A DNA stretch of 32,000 nucleotides from Raphidiopsis brookii D9 (lineage in GTDB: Bacteria > Cyanobacteriota > Cyanobacteriia > Cyanobacteriales > Nostocaceae), in contig ACYB01000005.1 in the NCBI GenBank assembly GCA_000175855.1, forward strand, positions 30,001 through 62,000, in the 5' to 3' direction. The notes beneath the pieces were generated by a model. That model saw nothing but the letters and a program-made list of their open reading frames with translations. It did not search any database and had not been told where the DNA came from. Within the stretch, counting starts at the first letter, position 1. Every line of letters starts with the position of its first letter. Both the position numbers and the translations under genes were made by a program. Shown one piece after another: positions 1-10,180 of this stretch.

Positions 1-2
1 TG

Positions 3-371
3 TTAATCCCAGGAAAAAAAGCTCCAATTTTAGTTCCTCGGAAATTGGTTAAACAAATGCGTCCTGGGTCTGTAATTGTGGATGTAGCTGTAGACCAGGG
101 TGGATGTGTGGAAACCCTATACCCCACATCCCATAGCAACCCAGTGTATGTTGATGAAGGAATTGTACACTATGGTGTTCCTAATATGCCAGGAGCTGTT
201 CCTTGGACATCTACGCAAGCACTAAACAACAGTACTTTACCATACGTGTTACAACTAGCTAACTTAGGGCTAGAAGCATTAGAAGTTAACTCAGCTTTAG
301 CCAAGGGTTTAAATATCAAAAGTCATCATCTCTTACACCCTGCGGTACAGGAGGTATTCCCAGATCTATAG
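3..371 (+). CDS. ald: Alanine dehydrogenase, C-terminal part (5' end lies outside the window)
   Basis: The frame is open from base 3 (LIPGKKAPILVPRKLVKQM...). It contains GSVIVDVAVDQGG and GVPNMPGAVPWTSTQALNNSTLPYVLQLA, which are typical of the Ald C-terminal half. The stop is TAG at 369-371. Confidence 0.85.
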   Translation, partial: LIPGKKAPILVPRKLVKQMRPGSVIVDVAVDQGGCVETLYPTSHSNPVYVDEGIVHYGVPNMPGAVPWTSTQALNNSTLPYVLQLANLGLEALEVNSALAKGLNIKSHHLLHPAVQEVFPDL

Positions 372-812
372 CTTTAGCTCTTGACATTTTGCATTAGCTT
401 TTTCATAAGCATCTAAGTAATATTGATCACCCAACATTAAATCACCGTAATACTGGTAGGGTGGATCAGTATATATTGGTAAAGGATTGTCTTCTGGATA
501 GTCTTCTTCTGATTCTTCGAGAATTGCTTTTAATTTCTTCAGGGTTAAAACTTGTGCGGGGAAATACCAAATATTTTCAGCTTTTCTTTGCAAATAGGCA
601 AAACTAGGATCGATAATCACATCTTCTAATTCTATCCAAGCATGTTCTATAGGTTTATATGGGTGTCCGGTCAAGGCTAAAAAGCCTTGAACATATTTAG
701 CACCTTCTGTTACTAGTAATGCTTTATATGCGTTTTCAAAAGGTTTCTTAGCTTGACTTTTGATAGTTTGAGCAACCTGTAAAGACAGGGATTCGTTTAA
801 TAATTTGCTCAT
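366..812 (-). CDS. Hypothetical protein (148 aa), acidic and Tyr-rich in its C-terminal half
   Basis: This is a clean ATG-to-stop ORF with no competing frame. I recognise no motif. Its stop overlaps the ald stop inside the palindrome CTATAG. Confidence 0.5.
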   Translation of the reverse strand: MSKLLNESLSLQVAQTIKSQAKKPFENAYKALLVTEGAKYVQGFLALTGHPYKPIEHAWIELEDVIIDPSFAYLQRKAENIWYFPAQVLTLKKLKAILEESEEDYPEDNPLPIYTDPPYQYYGDLMLGDQYYLDAYEKANAKCQELKL

Positions 813-1007
813 GGTAAGTTAGTTATTTTTAAGGAAAAGGGGACCAAAACTATAAAACACTATAAAACTAAAAACAAGCGACCAGAACCCCATGCTAACT
901 TTGCCATGATGAAATGATCGCTCTTATCCAATTAATCAATTGACACCTAGCCAAAGGAATCAATTGTTATCATCTTATATCAACATCAGATAACGGGGGA
1001 TAGAGTG

Positions 1008-2441
1008 TTACCCCCATAGGGTGTCTGACCCCCCATGGGATGGTGTTGGTTGTAGTATTTGTTGCAAGGTGGGAGCTAAGTTGGGCAAAGGTACTTCTAT
1101 TTGCTCTCCCGTACTCAAATCCTTTAAGCATGATTTGGCGTTAGCAGCTTCCTGACTACCAATGATGACACAAAATCTAATTCCCTGTTTATCTGCTAAC
1201 TGAAATTGCTTACCTAATTGTTTTTTCTCAAAGTTAGTGACAACATTAATTCCCGCTCGTCTTAATTGTTGTGACACCTGTAAATAAATGGGCATTAGGT
1301 CTTCTTGAATATTTACTACCATTACTTGAGCGGGTGTGGGTGGTAATTTCTGTAAAATATCGGCTTTTAATAATCGATTAATTAGTCTAGATAGTCCTAT
1401 GGAGATCCCTACTCCTGGCATTTTTTCACCCAAAAATATTCCCACTAGTTCTTCATATCTACCACCAGAACAAATACTACCAAGGGATTCATGTCCAATT
1501 AGGGTGGTTTCATAAACGGTTCCTGTGTAGTAGTTTAACCCACGCGCAATGGATAAGTCAATACAGAAACGTTGGGCGGGTACTCCTAAATTCTTCACTC
1601 CATCAATTACCGCTTCTAATTCACTTACTCCTAAGTTTAAGTTAAATCCTTCCGCTTGGGGTAAATTTACTGCTAGATGTTTGAGTTTGTCTAAAACATC
1701 ATCCACATTGCCATCAATGTTGATAAATTCAATTATCTTTTGGCTTTGTTCTAAAGAAATACCAGTTTTTTCTAGCTCCTGTTGAACTTGAGATTCACCA
1801 ATTTTTTCTAGGTTATCAATAATACCAATACAAGTTTTAATTTGCTCCTGGGCAACCCCCAGAGATTGAAAAAAGCCCGAGAGAATTTTGCGGTTATTAA
1901 TACGAATGACAAAATCACCAATATTAATGGCTGCAAATATTTCCGTGATAATTGCTGGCATTTGGGCATCGTATAACAAACTTAGCTTGTCTCGACCAAC
2001 TACATCAATGTCACACTGACGAAACTGTCGAAAACGCCCATCTTTTGCCCGTTCCCCCCTAAATACCATATCCATTTGATAACGGGCAAAGGGGAAAGTT
2101 AATTCATTTAAATGACGGGCTATATAAGCAGCTAAAGGAACAGTTTGATCAAATTTTAAAGCCCTAGCTTCCGCACCAGTTTCCCCAGATTTATCTCTTT
2201 CTAATTGGCGGTTCGGTGGTAAAATTGGCTCAATTCCATATATTATATTATCCCCTTGATTGCCTTTGGCTTGCAGTACCTCTAGCCTTTCTACCGCTGG
2301 TGTTTCTATGGGTGTAAAACCATAACTCTCAAATACTTTACGAATGGTGTCTAGTAAGTATAATTCTAGCCGCTTTTCCCCAGGGAGAAATTCGGGAAAC
2401 CCGCTGGGAGTAGCAAAGTTAATTTTCTCGTTTCTTGTCAT
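1008..2441 (-). CDS. hisS: Histidine--tRNA ligase
   Basis: 477-aa ORF with a class II aaRS layout. It has an N-terminal PSGFPEFLPGE motif, RQFRQCDIDVVG (motif 2 region), GGRYEELVG (the HisRS GGRYD-type motif 3) and a C-terminal anticodon-binding-like domain (VMVVN...QLADKQGIRFCVIIG). Confidence 0.85.
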   Translation of the reverse strand: MTRNEKINFATPSGFPEFLPGEKRLELYLLDTIRKVFESYGFTPIETPAVERLEVLQAKGNQGDNIIYGIEPILPPNRQLERDKSGETGAEARALKFDQTVPLAAYIARHLNELTFPFARYQMDMVFRGERAKDGRFRQFRQCDIDVVGRDKLSLLYDAQMPAIITEIFAAINIGDFVIRINNRKILSGFFQSLGVAQEQIKTCIGIIDNLEKIGESQVQQELEKTGISLEQSQKIIEFINIDGNVDDVLDKLKHLAVNLPQAEGFNLNLGVSELEAVIDGVKNLGVPAQRFCIDLSIARGLNYYTGTVYETTLIGHESLGSICSGGRYEELVGIFLGEKMPGVGISIGLSRLINRLLKADILQKLPPTPAQVMVVNIQEDLMPIYLQVSQQLRRAGINVVTNFEKKQLGKQFQLADKQGIRFCVIIGSQEAANAKSCLKDLSTGEQIEVPLPNLAPTLQQILQPTPSHGGSDTLWG

Positions 2442-2471
2442 CTTTATACCTGGTTTTGTTAATCCTTCTAA

Positions 2472-3869
2472 TTATGGTTCATCATCCTGGGAAATTTGCA
2501 GAACTACTAGGGTCATATCATCAGTGTTTTGTTTATCAGTTCCAATAAATTCCTGCACTTTATCAAATAAATAATCCACTATTTCTTGGGGCCCGTTACA
2601 ATAGCGACAAGCAGCATTAAATGAAGTAATGAAATTATCTTCACTAAAGCGATCGCCACTTGCAGCTGCGGCATCCGTCAAACCATCAGTATAATAAATT
2701 ACAGTATCACCTGGTTCTAAGAGAGCTTGACCACTTTCATATTGACTGTTAGCATCGAGACCAATAAGCATGCCCATTGTGTCCAGTCTAGTCACAGTTC
2801 TAGATGCGGCATGCCACCACAGAGGTGGGTTATGGGCGGCATTACTATAAGACAAAACTCGGGTTCTTGGGTCATATTCAGAATAGAACATAGTAACAAA
2901 ACGGTTCGAATTTTCTAAATCAGCATACATAACCCGGTTTAAATTTTGCAAAATTCCTGCTGCTGAATTACCGTGAAGTACCTCACCCCTGAGCATTCCT
3001 CGCAACATAGTCATAATTAAACCTGCGGGAACACCTTTACCCATCACATCCGCAATCACTACAGCCCAACAGGTGTTGTCTTGACTCAGATGGTGGGGAG
3101 GGTAACTGGTGGTGTGATTGGTGGCAATAAAATCATAATAATCTCCTCCCACGCGATTCGCTGGTTTAAAACGTGCAGCCAAGACAGCACCGGGAATATT
3201 AGGACATAAACGGGGCAAAAGTCTCCGTTGGATTTCTGCTGCGATTTCCAGTTCTTGATCCAACAGTTCTTTTTTCCGCAGCTCTACGGACAATTCATCA
3301 TTGCCAATAGCTACTCCAGTTTGATCAGCAACCAGTCTCACTAGTTTTTGCCTGGTCTCTGTCCAACTGTAATCAGGATCCCGACTTAGAACATATAGCC
3401 AACCCCTTTCTGTGTGTTTAACTATAATTGCCGTGCCAAAAACCTGTACATCTGGACCCAAATACATTTGCATTTGGTCGTCCAGTATACTAGTGGTTGT
3501 GACTGGCACTGAACTGGGGAAAAGGGTAATTTGACTACTGGCAATTTCCAGGGCTTTACGGATACTTTTCCGTTGCTGACTATCTTGCCAATGTAACTGT
3601 TCTAAGGTAACTTGACCATTGGGTTTATACAGAAACAGGGCACTACCATCCGCATCCGTTACCTTAGCAGCCATAAACGGAATTAGTTCCAGAAACTGAT
3701 TTAAATTGTTGAAACTTCTCAAGGCAAATCCCAGAGAACTCAGCAGCTCTTGAATTTTGTTCTGTTCCCGATGTAACCTAGCCACAATCTCTTTTAGTGC
3801 CACCATTGGGGTGACATCTCTAGTGGCACTACTATTGATTTCTGTGGATTGAGAAGGAAATTGGGACAC
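2472..3869 (-). CDS. GAF-domain PP2C/SpoIIE-family protein serine phosphatase (RsbU/IcfG-like)
   Basis: The C-terminal half carries SpoIIE/PP2C hallmarks: RVGGDYYDF, VVIADVMGKGVPAGLIM, YYTDGLTDA and DDMTLVVL. The N-terminal ~200 aa look GAF-like. Confidence 0.85.
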   Translation of the reverse strand: MSQFPSQSTEINSSATRDVTPMVALKEIVARLHREQNKIQELLSSLGFALRSFNNLNQFLELIPFMAAKVTDADGSALFLYKPNGQVTLEQLHWQDSQQRKSIRKALEIASSQITLFPSSVPVTTTSILDDQMQMYLGPDVQVFGTAIIVKHTERGWLYVLSRDPDYSWTETRQKLVRLVADQTGVAIGNDELSVELRKKELLDQELEIAAEIQRRLLPRLCPNIPGAVLAARFKPANRVGGDYYDFIATNHTTSYPPHHLSQDNTCWAVVIADVMGKGVPAGLIMTMLRGMLRGEVLHGNSAAGILQNLNRVMYADLENSNRFVTMFYSEYDPRTRVLSYSNAAHNPPLWWHAASRTVTRLDTMGMLIGLDANSQYESGQALLEPGDTVIYYTDGLTDAAAASGDRFSEDNFITSFNAACRYCNGPQEIVDYLFDKVQEFIGTDKQNTDDMTLVVLQISQDDEP

Positions 3870-4166
3870 AGGCTGCTATTTTCTGTAAGTGTTAGAATAA
3901 ATGAACAAGCTTTTAAGATTAGTCATTTTAGCAAGGGCATCATAACCGAATATGTAACTTTTAGGGTATTTTAGGTTAGAAATTCCAGGCGGACATTTTG
4001 AATCGTGTGTATGTGTATATGCTCACTCTCCAATGACTAAAAAATAGTTCTAGTGTGAGATTTTACCAGAATTTGTCCATTTTTTACGAAAAAAAGAATT
4101 ATTTTTGATAATTTTTATTTCCAACCTATCTCCCCTATCCCAGTTTAAAAGTTTTTAGTTTTTTTG

Positions 4167-5729
4167 TTAGTTTAAGAGAGCCTCAACAAACTCATAACTG
4201 GAGAATGGACGTAAATCTTCAATTCCTTCCCCAGCACCTATAAAGCGAATTGGTAAACCTAACTGTTGCACTACTGCCAAGGCCACTCCCCCTTTGGCTG
4301 TGCCATCTAACTTAGTTAAAACAACACCACTAAGTTGAGCAGCTTGAGAAAAAACTTCAGCTTGTCTAATTCCGTTTTGTCCTAAGGTGGAATCTAGGAC
4401 CAACAGCGACTCTACACGGGCATCGGCGGCTTTCTTGTCAATAATTCGACGAATCTTGCTCAGTTCATCCATTAGGTTTTTCTTGTTTTGCAGTCTCCCT
4501 GCTGTGTCTACTAACAGTAATTCCGTTTTCCGTGATTGGGCAGCTGCGATCGCATCAAATACAATAGCAGCAGGGTCAGTATTTTTACCGGGGTTGGCAA
4601 TCACTTCTACACCACTTCTACTTCCCCAAACTTTTACCTGCTCCACAGCAGCAGCGCGGAAAGTATCAGCAGCAGCAATTAAACAGTTATATCCAGATTT
4701 CTGAGCTAGGTGAGCAATTTTACCAATAGTTGTGGTTTTACCAGCACCATTCACCCCTGTAATTAACCAAATAGTGAGTTTGTCTTTTTCTGGAGCAAAA
4801 CCCGATCTAGGTGCTGATTCCAGAGGTTTCTCAAGCATATCCCGGAGGATTTGCTTGAGATAGGCAATTGCTTGTTCGGGGGGGGTAACCTCATCGCGAA
4901 GTTTTTTCTGGAGGGATTGAATAATCAAATCAGTAGCTTCAACACCTACATCAGCCTGTAGCAGTACTCCTTCAATTTCTGCTACTGCGTCTTGATTTAG
5001 GGGGCCTTGTCCAACAATAGCTTTTAACTGATTTAGTATATTACGTCTAGTTTTATCCAGTCCCTGACGCAGTTTTTTCAACCAAGTAATTTCCTCTATG
5101 GAAATGTCTTCTGCTCGTCTACCCTGGGCGGCTAAAACTTCTGCTGACCAAACAAAGCCATCGTCAAATTCTAATTCAGGAATTGCTATTGTGATGCTAA
5201 CGCTGGGCATAACCGTAGTTTCTGGTTCAGGAACCTCCACAGCAGTGGCAATTAATCTCTCTTGTTTAGCCTGTCTATCTGCAGTTGCTCGCTCTAAAAA
5301 GGATAATTGCGGATGTCCATCAATTCCCGCTTCCGGTGGAATATGGTCCGTGTCTGAAATCAATTCTTCACCGACATCCCTACTGGTCACCAGAATCTCA
5401 TCTTTAACCGTTACCGGTGAATTGACAGAGCTGTCTTCTGATATTTCCCCAATTTCTTGAGTAATTTGATGGATTTCTGAAGTTTCACTAGTTGTAACTG
5501 AAGATGCTTCATCAGTTACAGTCGTACTTTCTTGATCTTGAGACTGTTGTTTTTGCTGAATATTCTTATAAGCAGCTTTGGCATAGGCCAACAGATCCGC
5601 TGGATCAATTATTGTTTCCGGAGCTGATTCTGGTGATACTTCCTGATTAGATGAAGTTTCACTTTGTACTTGAGTTTCCGTAATAGCGGAAGAATCATCA
5701 TGTTGACGGCGAAACCAGTTAAATGACAT
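4167..5729 (-). CDS. ftsY: Signal recognition particle receptor FtsY
   Basis: SRP GTPase motifs are present: GVNGAGKTTTIGKIA, DTAGRLQNKKNLMDEL, TKLDGTAKGG. A long acidic Ser/Glu/Thr-rich N-terminal A-domain precedes them. I chose the ATG at 5729 (MSFNWFRRQ) as start; the ORF is open up to 5795. Confidence 0.9.
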   Translation of the reverse strand: MSFNWFRRQHDDSSAITETQVQSETSSNQEVSPESAPETIIDPADLLAYAKAAYKNIQQKQQSQDQESTTVTDEASSVTTSETSEIHQITQEIGEISEDSSVNSPVTVKDEILVTSRDVGEELISDTDHIPPEAGIDGHPQLSFLERATADRQAKQERLIATAVEVPEPETTVMPSVSITIAIPELEFDDGFVWSAEVLAAQGRRAEDISIEEITWLKKLRQGLDKTRRNILNQLKAIVGQGPLNQDAVAEIEGVLLQADVGVEATDLIIQSLQKKLRDEVTPPEQAIAYLKQILRDMLEKPLESAPRSGFAPEKDKLTIWLITGVNGAGKTTTIGKIAHLAQKSGYNCLIAAADTFRAAAVEQVKVWGSRSGVEVIANPGKNTDPAAIVFDAIAAAQSRKTELLLVDTAGRLQNKKNLMDELSKIRRIIDKKAADARVESLLVLDSTLGQNGIRQAEVFSQAAQLSGVVLTKLDGTAKGGVALAVVQQLGLPIRFIGAGEGIEDLRPFSSYEFVEALLN

Positions 5730-5804
5730 TTTAGCTTGATTAAGTATGATTATTGTGATTTGATCCTTGGAGGATTGACAACTCAGAACCACCAAGGTAT
5801 ATAA

Positions 5805-6446
5805 TTAAGCAGGTTGTTTCTGTTCTGTGACCCGACGTAAAACACCATTAATAAATCGATGTCCATCATCGCCACTATAACGTTTAGCCAGCTCTACTGC
5901 TTCATTAATAGCAATGCTGGGAGGAACCTCCATAAATTTCATTTCAGCCACAGCAATTTGAAGTATATCTCTATCTATTTGAGCTAGTCTAGTTACTTGC
6001 CAGTCTACCAGTGCTTGGGAGATAATCTGATCTAAAATAGTTCGATTCTCATCAACAGTAACCACAATTTCCTTAGCGTAATTGCGAACTTCCTTATCTT
6101 GATTAGCCAATTGAATCAACTCAGGGAAATCAACAGCTAAACCCAATTGATTAATAGCTGTTTGAGTGCAGCCAATGGCTTCTTGAAGCATTGTTCTAGC
6201 CATATTTAAGTCAGAGGCACGGGTTTGACTAGTTAATAAACGGTCATTGCTGCGCTGTAATTCAGCTGCAGCACTATTTAATGTATCCTGTACTTCTGCC
6301 GTTAAAGTGCGGACAGCACCAAGAACGAGCTTGGCCATTAGTTGGTCGTCTGGTAGTTTCTGCAATTTTTTAGGATTGACTGGCAACTGACTAAGACTTA
6401 GTAGAGCTAGTTCTCTAGCTATTTGTTGAGGTTTACGAGGTTGCAT
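5805..6446 (-). CDS. nusB: Transcription antitermination factor NusB
   Basis: An N-terminal [12 protein letters not shown] and a C-terminal [28 protein letters not shown] are typical NusB signatures. The gene sits directly upstream of ftsY. Confidence 0.85.
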   Translation of the reverse strand: MQPRKPQQIARELALLSLSQLPVNPKKLQKLPDDQLMAKLVLGAVRTLTAEVQDTLNSAAAELQRSNDRLLTSQTRASDLNMARTMLQEAIGCTQTAINQLGLAVDFPELIQLANQDKEVRNYAKEIVVTVDENRTILDQIISQALVDWQVTRLAQIDRDILQIAVAEMKFMEVPPSIAINEAVELAKRYSGDDGHRFINGVLRRVTEQKQPA

Positions 6447-6520
6447 AATCTTACATAATAATATGGTAGGAATAAGAAATTAACTACAAGTTAAAACCAG
6501 GATATTGTTAGGTTGTTAGG

Positions 6521-7234
6521 TCAGAAATCAGGTTCAACACCAACCAGATGGCTTTTGCTTTCTGTGGTTAGTGCTGGAGTTGTTAAGGGCAATTGGGACA
6601 TAACTATACCATTGCTAGGCGCGACTATACCGCCAGATACAATGATTTTAAATGCATCCTCTATAGACATTGTCAGATTGATTGCTTCATCTTCTGGAAC
6701 CACTGCGTACCACCCAGTAGTGGGGTTAGGAGTAGTGGGAATAAAAATGCTCAACATGGGACGACTCAATTTTGCTTGAATGTCGCTGGCAATTACACCA
6801 GTGACAAAGCCAATAGACCATATTCCCCTCCTAGGATATTCCAATAACACAACTCGACGGAATTTGCCATTGGAATCTTTGAGTATGGTCTCTAGCAATT
6901 GTTTGAGAGTTTTGTAGACTTGACCAGCTAAGGGAATTGCGTGCAATATCCTCTCCCCAAAGTCAAGCAACCATTTGCCAAAGATATTCCGGGCCATTAG
7001 ACCAATAAATAGAATGCTAATTAATGGTACTGCTAAACCGACTAAAAAGTTCAATAAGTTAACTAGTATGGGGTTTAGTCCATCAAAGGGGTTAAGCTGT
7101 TTAGGGATTTGGGTGAGAAAGTTAATTACCCAGTTGGCAATCGTAATGGTTAACCAAATGGTGGTTGCTAGGGGTATTACCACCAACAAGCCAGCTATCA
7201 AGTCATTTTTTAAGTCCTGTTTAAGCCGTTCCAT
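6521..7234 (-). CDS. DUF502-family membrane protein
   Basis: Two N-terminal TM helices are followed by VVLLEYPRRGIWSIGFVTG and IPTTPNPTTGWY, which are DUF502-like. I chose the ATG at 7234 (MERLKQDL); the ORF is open up to 7390. Confidence 0.7.
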   Translation of the reverse strand: MERLKQDLKNDLIAGLLVVIPLATTIWLTITIANWVINFLTQIPKQLNPFDGLNPILVNLLNFLVGLAVPLISILFIGLMARNIFGKWLLDFGERILHAIPLAGQVYKTLKQLLETILKDSNGKFRRVVLLEYPRRGIWSIGFVTGVIASDIQAKLSRPMLSIFIPTTPNPTTGWYAVVPEDEAINLTMSIEDAFKIIVSGGIVAPSNGIVMSQLPLTTPALTTESKSHLVGVEPDF

Positions 7235-7468
7235 GACCAAGCCCGGATCCTCCTTGTTTTGGCTACTAGAATTTTTGTGATTGATTTCCACACCACAAAT
7301 CCTTATTGTCAGTCCAGATAAATGAGTCCTAAGTTTAAGATTTATTACTTGTTTCTCATTATCAGTTGCTTTAGTCCTGCAAATAGGCACGCTAAGACAT
7401 ATTGCCTGTAAATTATTGTTGCAGGTTTTCGAGGTATTATTAATCCTAGCGTTAATCGTAGCTAATGA

Positions 7469-8311
7469 TCACCCAAGATTTTGGTTTTCCTTGTTATTGA
7501 ACCTACGTGTACTAGATGTAGTTTTTAATCCATTCCAACCGATGATAATGTAACCAATAGATAACAACAGACTGCCAATTCCTATTCTTAGTCCAGACTT
7601 CCAAGCATTGTCTTTAGCTTGTGTTTCTGCTTCCCTTTGGCGTTGGCGAATTTGCTCGATTTTTTGTTTGGCAATTTCATTGGGATCGGTCTGCTGGGCA
7701 ATAAATTTATCTATGTCTTGCGGGTTGGCTTGCAGTTTCTTGAGTAACTCTTTCTGTTCCGGGGGAAGTTGGGGGTTGGCTATTGCTTGTTTATATTTTT
7801 GTGGATCTTTAAGTATTTCAGTAATTTGTGCCTTCGCCTGAATTTGAGCCTGTTGTAATTGAGCGCGACCTTGGTCATTATTCAGCTGACCCTGGAATTG
7901 GGCCAACTGGGTATTAAGTTGGGATTCTGCTTGTTGAGCATCTTGAGCAATTTGATTAACTTTTTCTTTACTGACCTGATCCACAGTTGTCACATGCAGG
8001 GGAAAAATCAACAAAAACATTAGACCAAAAATGCTAGAAAGTATTAAGGAAGGAAATTTAAAATCCATACCCGAATTTTTTCCCTGTTCATTGGTGTCCA
8101 ACCAGTGGGCAATGAGAATCATTGCTAAACCTACCATGGGGACAACACCACGATCTACTAATGCTGTGGTTAGACCAACTTGTGCTTGTTTATCTGTAAA
8201 GTTGAATCCCAGCATCAAAATCAAAAAATCTATGAAAAAAGATAAAATACAAACTATCCCCACTACTTTGAGAGTGAGGGAAGTATGAGAGTTGGTAGGA
8301 CGATTAGCCAT
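7469..8311 (-). CDS. hpsJ: HpsJ-family protein (hormogonium polysaccharide locus membrane protein)
   Basis: The architecture is N-terminal TM helices (LKVVGIVCILSFFIDFLIL, TALVDRGVVPMVGLAMILIA), a long Gln-rich coiled-coil segment and a C-terminal TM helix. It lies immediately downstream of hpsD. The family call is from memory of HpsJ architecture and has not been searched. Confidence 0.55.
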   Translation of the reverse strand: MANRPTNSHTSLTLKVVGIVCILSFFIDFLILMLGFNFTDKQAQVGLTTALVDRGVVPMVGLAMILIAHWLDTNEQGKNSGMDFKFPSLILSSIFGLMFLLIFPLHVTTVDQVSKEKVNQIAQDAQQAESQLNTQLAQFQGQLNNDQGRAQLQQAQIQAKAQITEILKDPQKYKQAIANPQLPPEQKELLKKLQANPQDIDKFIAQQTDPNEIAKQKIEQIRQRQREAETQAKDNAWKSGLRIGIGSLLLSIGYIIIGWNGLKTTSSTRRFNNKENQNLG

Positions 8312-8526
8312 ATTTTCCTAAGTCTGTGGTGAAGAAAACTGATGGGTCTATTAAGTTATCTAAGTTATCTAGAATATCAATATCAGTCCAAGCAGGGGTA
8401 GTTGCCGAGATGGATAATTGACTTTGATACAACCCAATTAAGTAATGACCATCATTCATAAAATATATCATACTGATGATACTGGCTCATCACGATATGG
8501 TTTTTAAAAACTGAAACTCGTATTAA

Positions 8527-9048
8527 TTAATAGCAGTAGGCATTATTTTTGATCACAGTATTTTCCCTAGCAGTTCTGAGGGAACCCAAAATTGTGGAGA
8601 CAATAACACAGCGTTTTGCCGTTCCACCCGACTTCATAGACAGAGTAACTGTCCCCAAAGGAGGTTTTCTGATAGCGCCTAAATCATCAAATTGAATATG
8701 TCTAATACCATGAGACTCTTGTAAAGTTGTTTCCCGATCTAATTGAACAGCAGAATCTAAACTATGCCAGACCGCATTAGCGGGATGAACTAAAATTGGG
8801 TGAACGGCCCATTTAACTATACCATTTTCTTGTTTAAAACTAGCTTGCCAAGTAGATTTTTCTTTTTTAGCCTGACTTTGAGCTTGACGCAATGCTTGAT
8901 AAACTTGTTCTTGAGCCACATTGAGATGATAGTTTGTCAAAAAACTTAGCCAGGAGGGTGTAACCATTGCTGATAGAATACCAATTATCGCTAAAACCAT
9001 GAGATTTTCCCACACAGTAAATCCTGGCTCTGATGTTTGGGTGTTCAT
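8527..9048 (-). CDS. hpsD: Pseudopilin with a prepilin-type N-terminal cleavage/methylation signal (HpsD-like)
   Basis: MNTQTSEPG|FTVWENLMVLAIIGILSAMV gives a short leader, G-F at the cleavage site, Glu at +5 and a hydrophobic helix. It is the fourth gene of the hpsA-D-type series. Confidence 0.65.
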   Translation of the reverse strand: MNTQTSEPGFTVWENLMVLAIIGILSAMVTPSWLSFLTNYHLNVAQEQVYQALRQAQSQAKKEKSTWQASFKQENGIVKWAVHPILVHPANAVWHSLDSAVQLDRETTLQESHGIRHIQFDDLGAIRKPPLGTVTLSMKSGGTAKRCVIVSTILGSLRTARENTVIKNNAYCY

Positions 9049-9115
9049 AGATAGTGTTCCTCTTTTGGAAAAAAGACTTTCTCAACAACTAAATTAATAA
9101 ACTAATTAACAACTG

Positions 9116-10180
9116 CTATTTATAGAAAAAACCCTTTCCCTTCACCTGAGTGCTAACAGTGGGAAAATAGTGACTTAGTTGATTACTATTGATATTTAAA
9201 TTATTAGGAATGCGAGCTAAAGCATCTCCCCGAATAAATACTTGTGCCGTTGCATTCAGTCTATCTACGCAGGCATAAAAACTAGTCATCCGACCAGTTG
9301 TAGTATTACTAAAATTGGATGAAGTAACCCTTGACCAAGTAATTTTAGGGTTAGTAGAGTCCGGGGGACAAACCGCAGGAGGTATATTATTAATTCTACT
9401 GTCAATATAATCTACTAAAACTATGGGGTCATTAGTATATCTAGCACTGTGCTTTCTCCAACCATTCATGATTTGTTCTAAATTACCTGAATTATTGAGA
9501 TTAAAAAGAGAAAATCCAGGTTCAGGACAAAATTCTGGGGGATCAGAATTAGAATTGCCCTTTATAGAATTGCCCTTAATATATGTTCCCGGATATCCAT
9601 TGCAATCAACTATTTGATTAAACTCTCTAGTATTAGCCAGAACACCATCTCTAATTTTCCATCTAGCAATACGAGCTGATTTTGACCACTCAGATCCGGA
9701 TGCAGTTGTATCTCTGATTAAATAATAAACAACCAGAGAATAAACAAAAGCATCATCTTTGATTGAATTTCCGGGAACTGGTAAAACATTTTCTATTGTT
9801 TCCTGTCGCCAAAAAACCAGCACAGGAACCCTGTCTATACCGGTAGGAGTAGAGGGTAATTGGGATCTGATAGCATTTATTCCCTGAGCATCATAAATAT
9901 AAATTGCCTGTTTTAAATCATTGGCAATATAGTTCAAAGCTGTTTGAATTTCTGCCCCAGTAGTTATTTTGGCTTGTTCCTGTCGGTTTATTTCGATCAC
10001 ATTAATTAGTAACCTTAATAGAAGAGTAATACTGATGACTCCTGTGGTCAAACCAACGAGTAGTTGCACTATGGTAAATCCATAGAATGAACCATTTTTT
10101 GAGGGCGTAAGTAAGGAGATTATTGACATAGGGTGGAACTGGAATAAGTGGTGGGTGCGATCGTACCTAAACGCTGACAT
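9116..10180 (-). CDS. hpsC: Pseudopilin-like protein (HpsC-like)
   Basis: ...NGSFYG|FTIVQLLVGLTTGVISITLLL is a pilin-like N-terminus with Gln instead of Glu at +5. An alternative start at ATG 10129 (MSIISLL...) gives a 17-aa leader and a 10-nt overlap with the hpsB stop. The 10180 start gives a 34-aa leader. Confidence 0.6.
   Translation of the reverse strand: MSAFRYDRTHHLFQFHPMSIISLLTPSKNGSFYGFTIVQLLVGLTTGVISITLLLRLLINVIEINRQEQAKITTGAEIQTALNYIANDLKQAIYIYDAQGINAIRSQLPSTPTGIDRVPVLVFWRQETIENVLPVPGNSIKDDAFVYSLVVYYLIRDTTASGSEWSKSARIARWKIRDGVLANTREFNQIVDCNGYPGTYIKGNSIKGNSNSDPPEFCPEPGFSLFNLNNSGNLEQIMNGWRKHSARYTNDPIVLVDYIDSRINNIPPAVCPPDSTNPKITWSRVTSSNFSNTTTGRMTSFYACVDRLNATAQVFIRGDALARIPNNLNINSNQLSHYFPTVSTQVKGKGFFYK

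Noticed and set aside
2903-2910. GGTTCGAA, a T-loop-like tRNA motif
   Set aside because: It lies inside the PP2C phosphatase CDS, with no flanking acceptor or anticodon stem complementarity.
5730-5795. N-terminal extensions of ftsY (to 5795) and the DUF502 gene (to 7390) given by the longest-ORF track
   Set aside because: The extensions lack family similarity (MVVLSCQSSKDQ..., MPICRTKATDNEK...). Internal ATGs at 5729 and 7234 begin the recognisable N-termini (MSFNWFRR, MERLKQDL).
8353-8492. A tandem 9-mer AAGTTATCT x2 (about 8353-8370) and a hairpin TGATGA-7 nt-TCATCA (8474-8492) in the hpsD-hpsJ spacer
   Set aside because: Both are short and AT-rich, so they are plausible by chance. The hairpin has no adjacent U-tract on the coding (minus) strand. 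They may be regulatory, but this cannot be supported from sequence alone.
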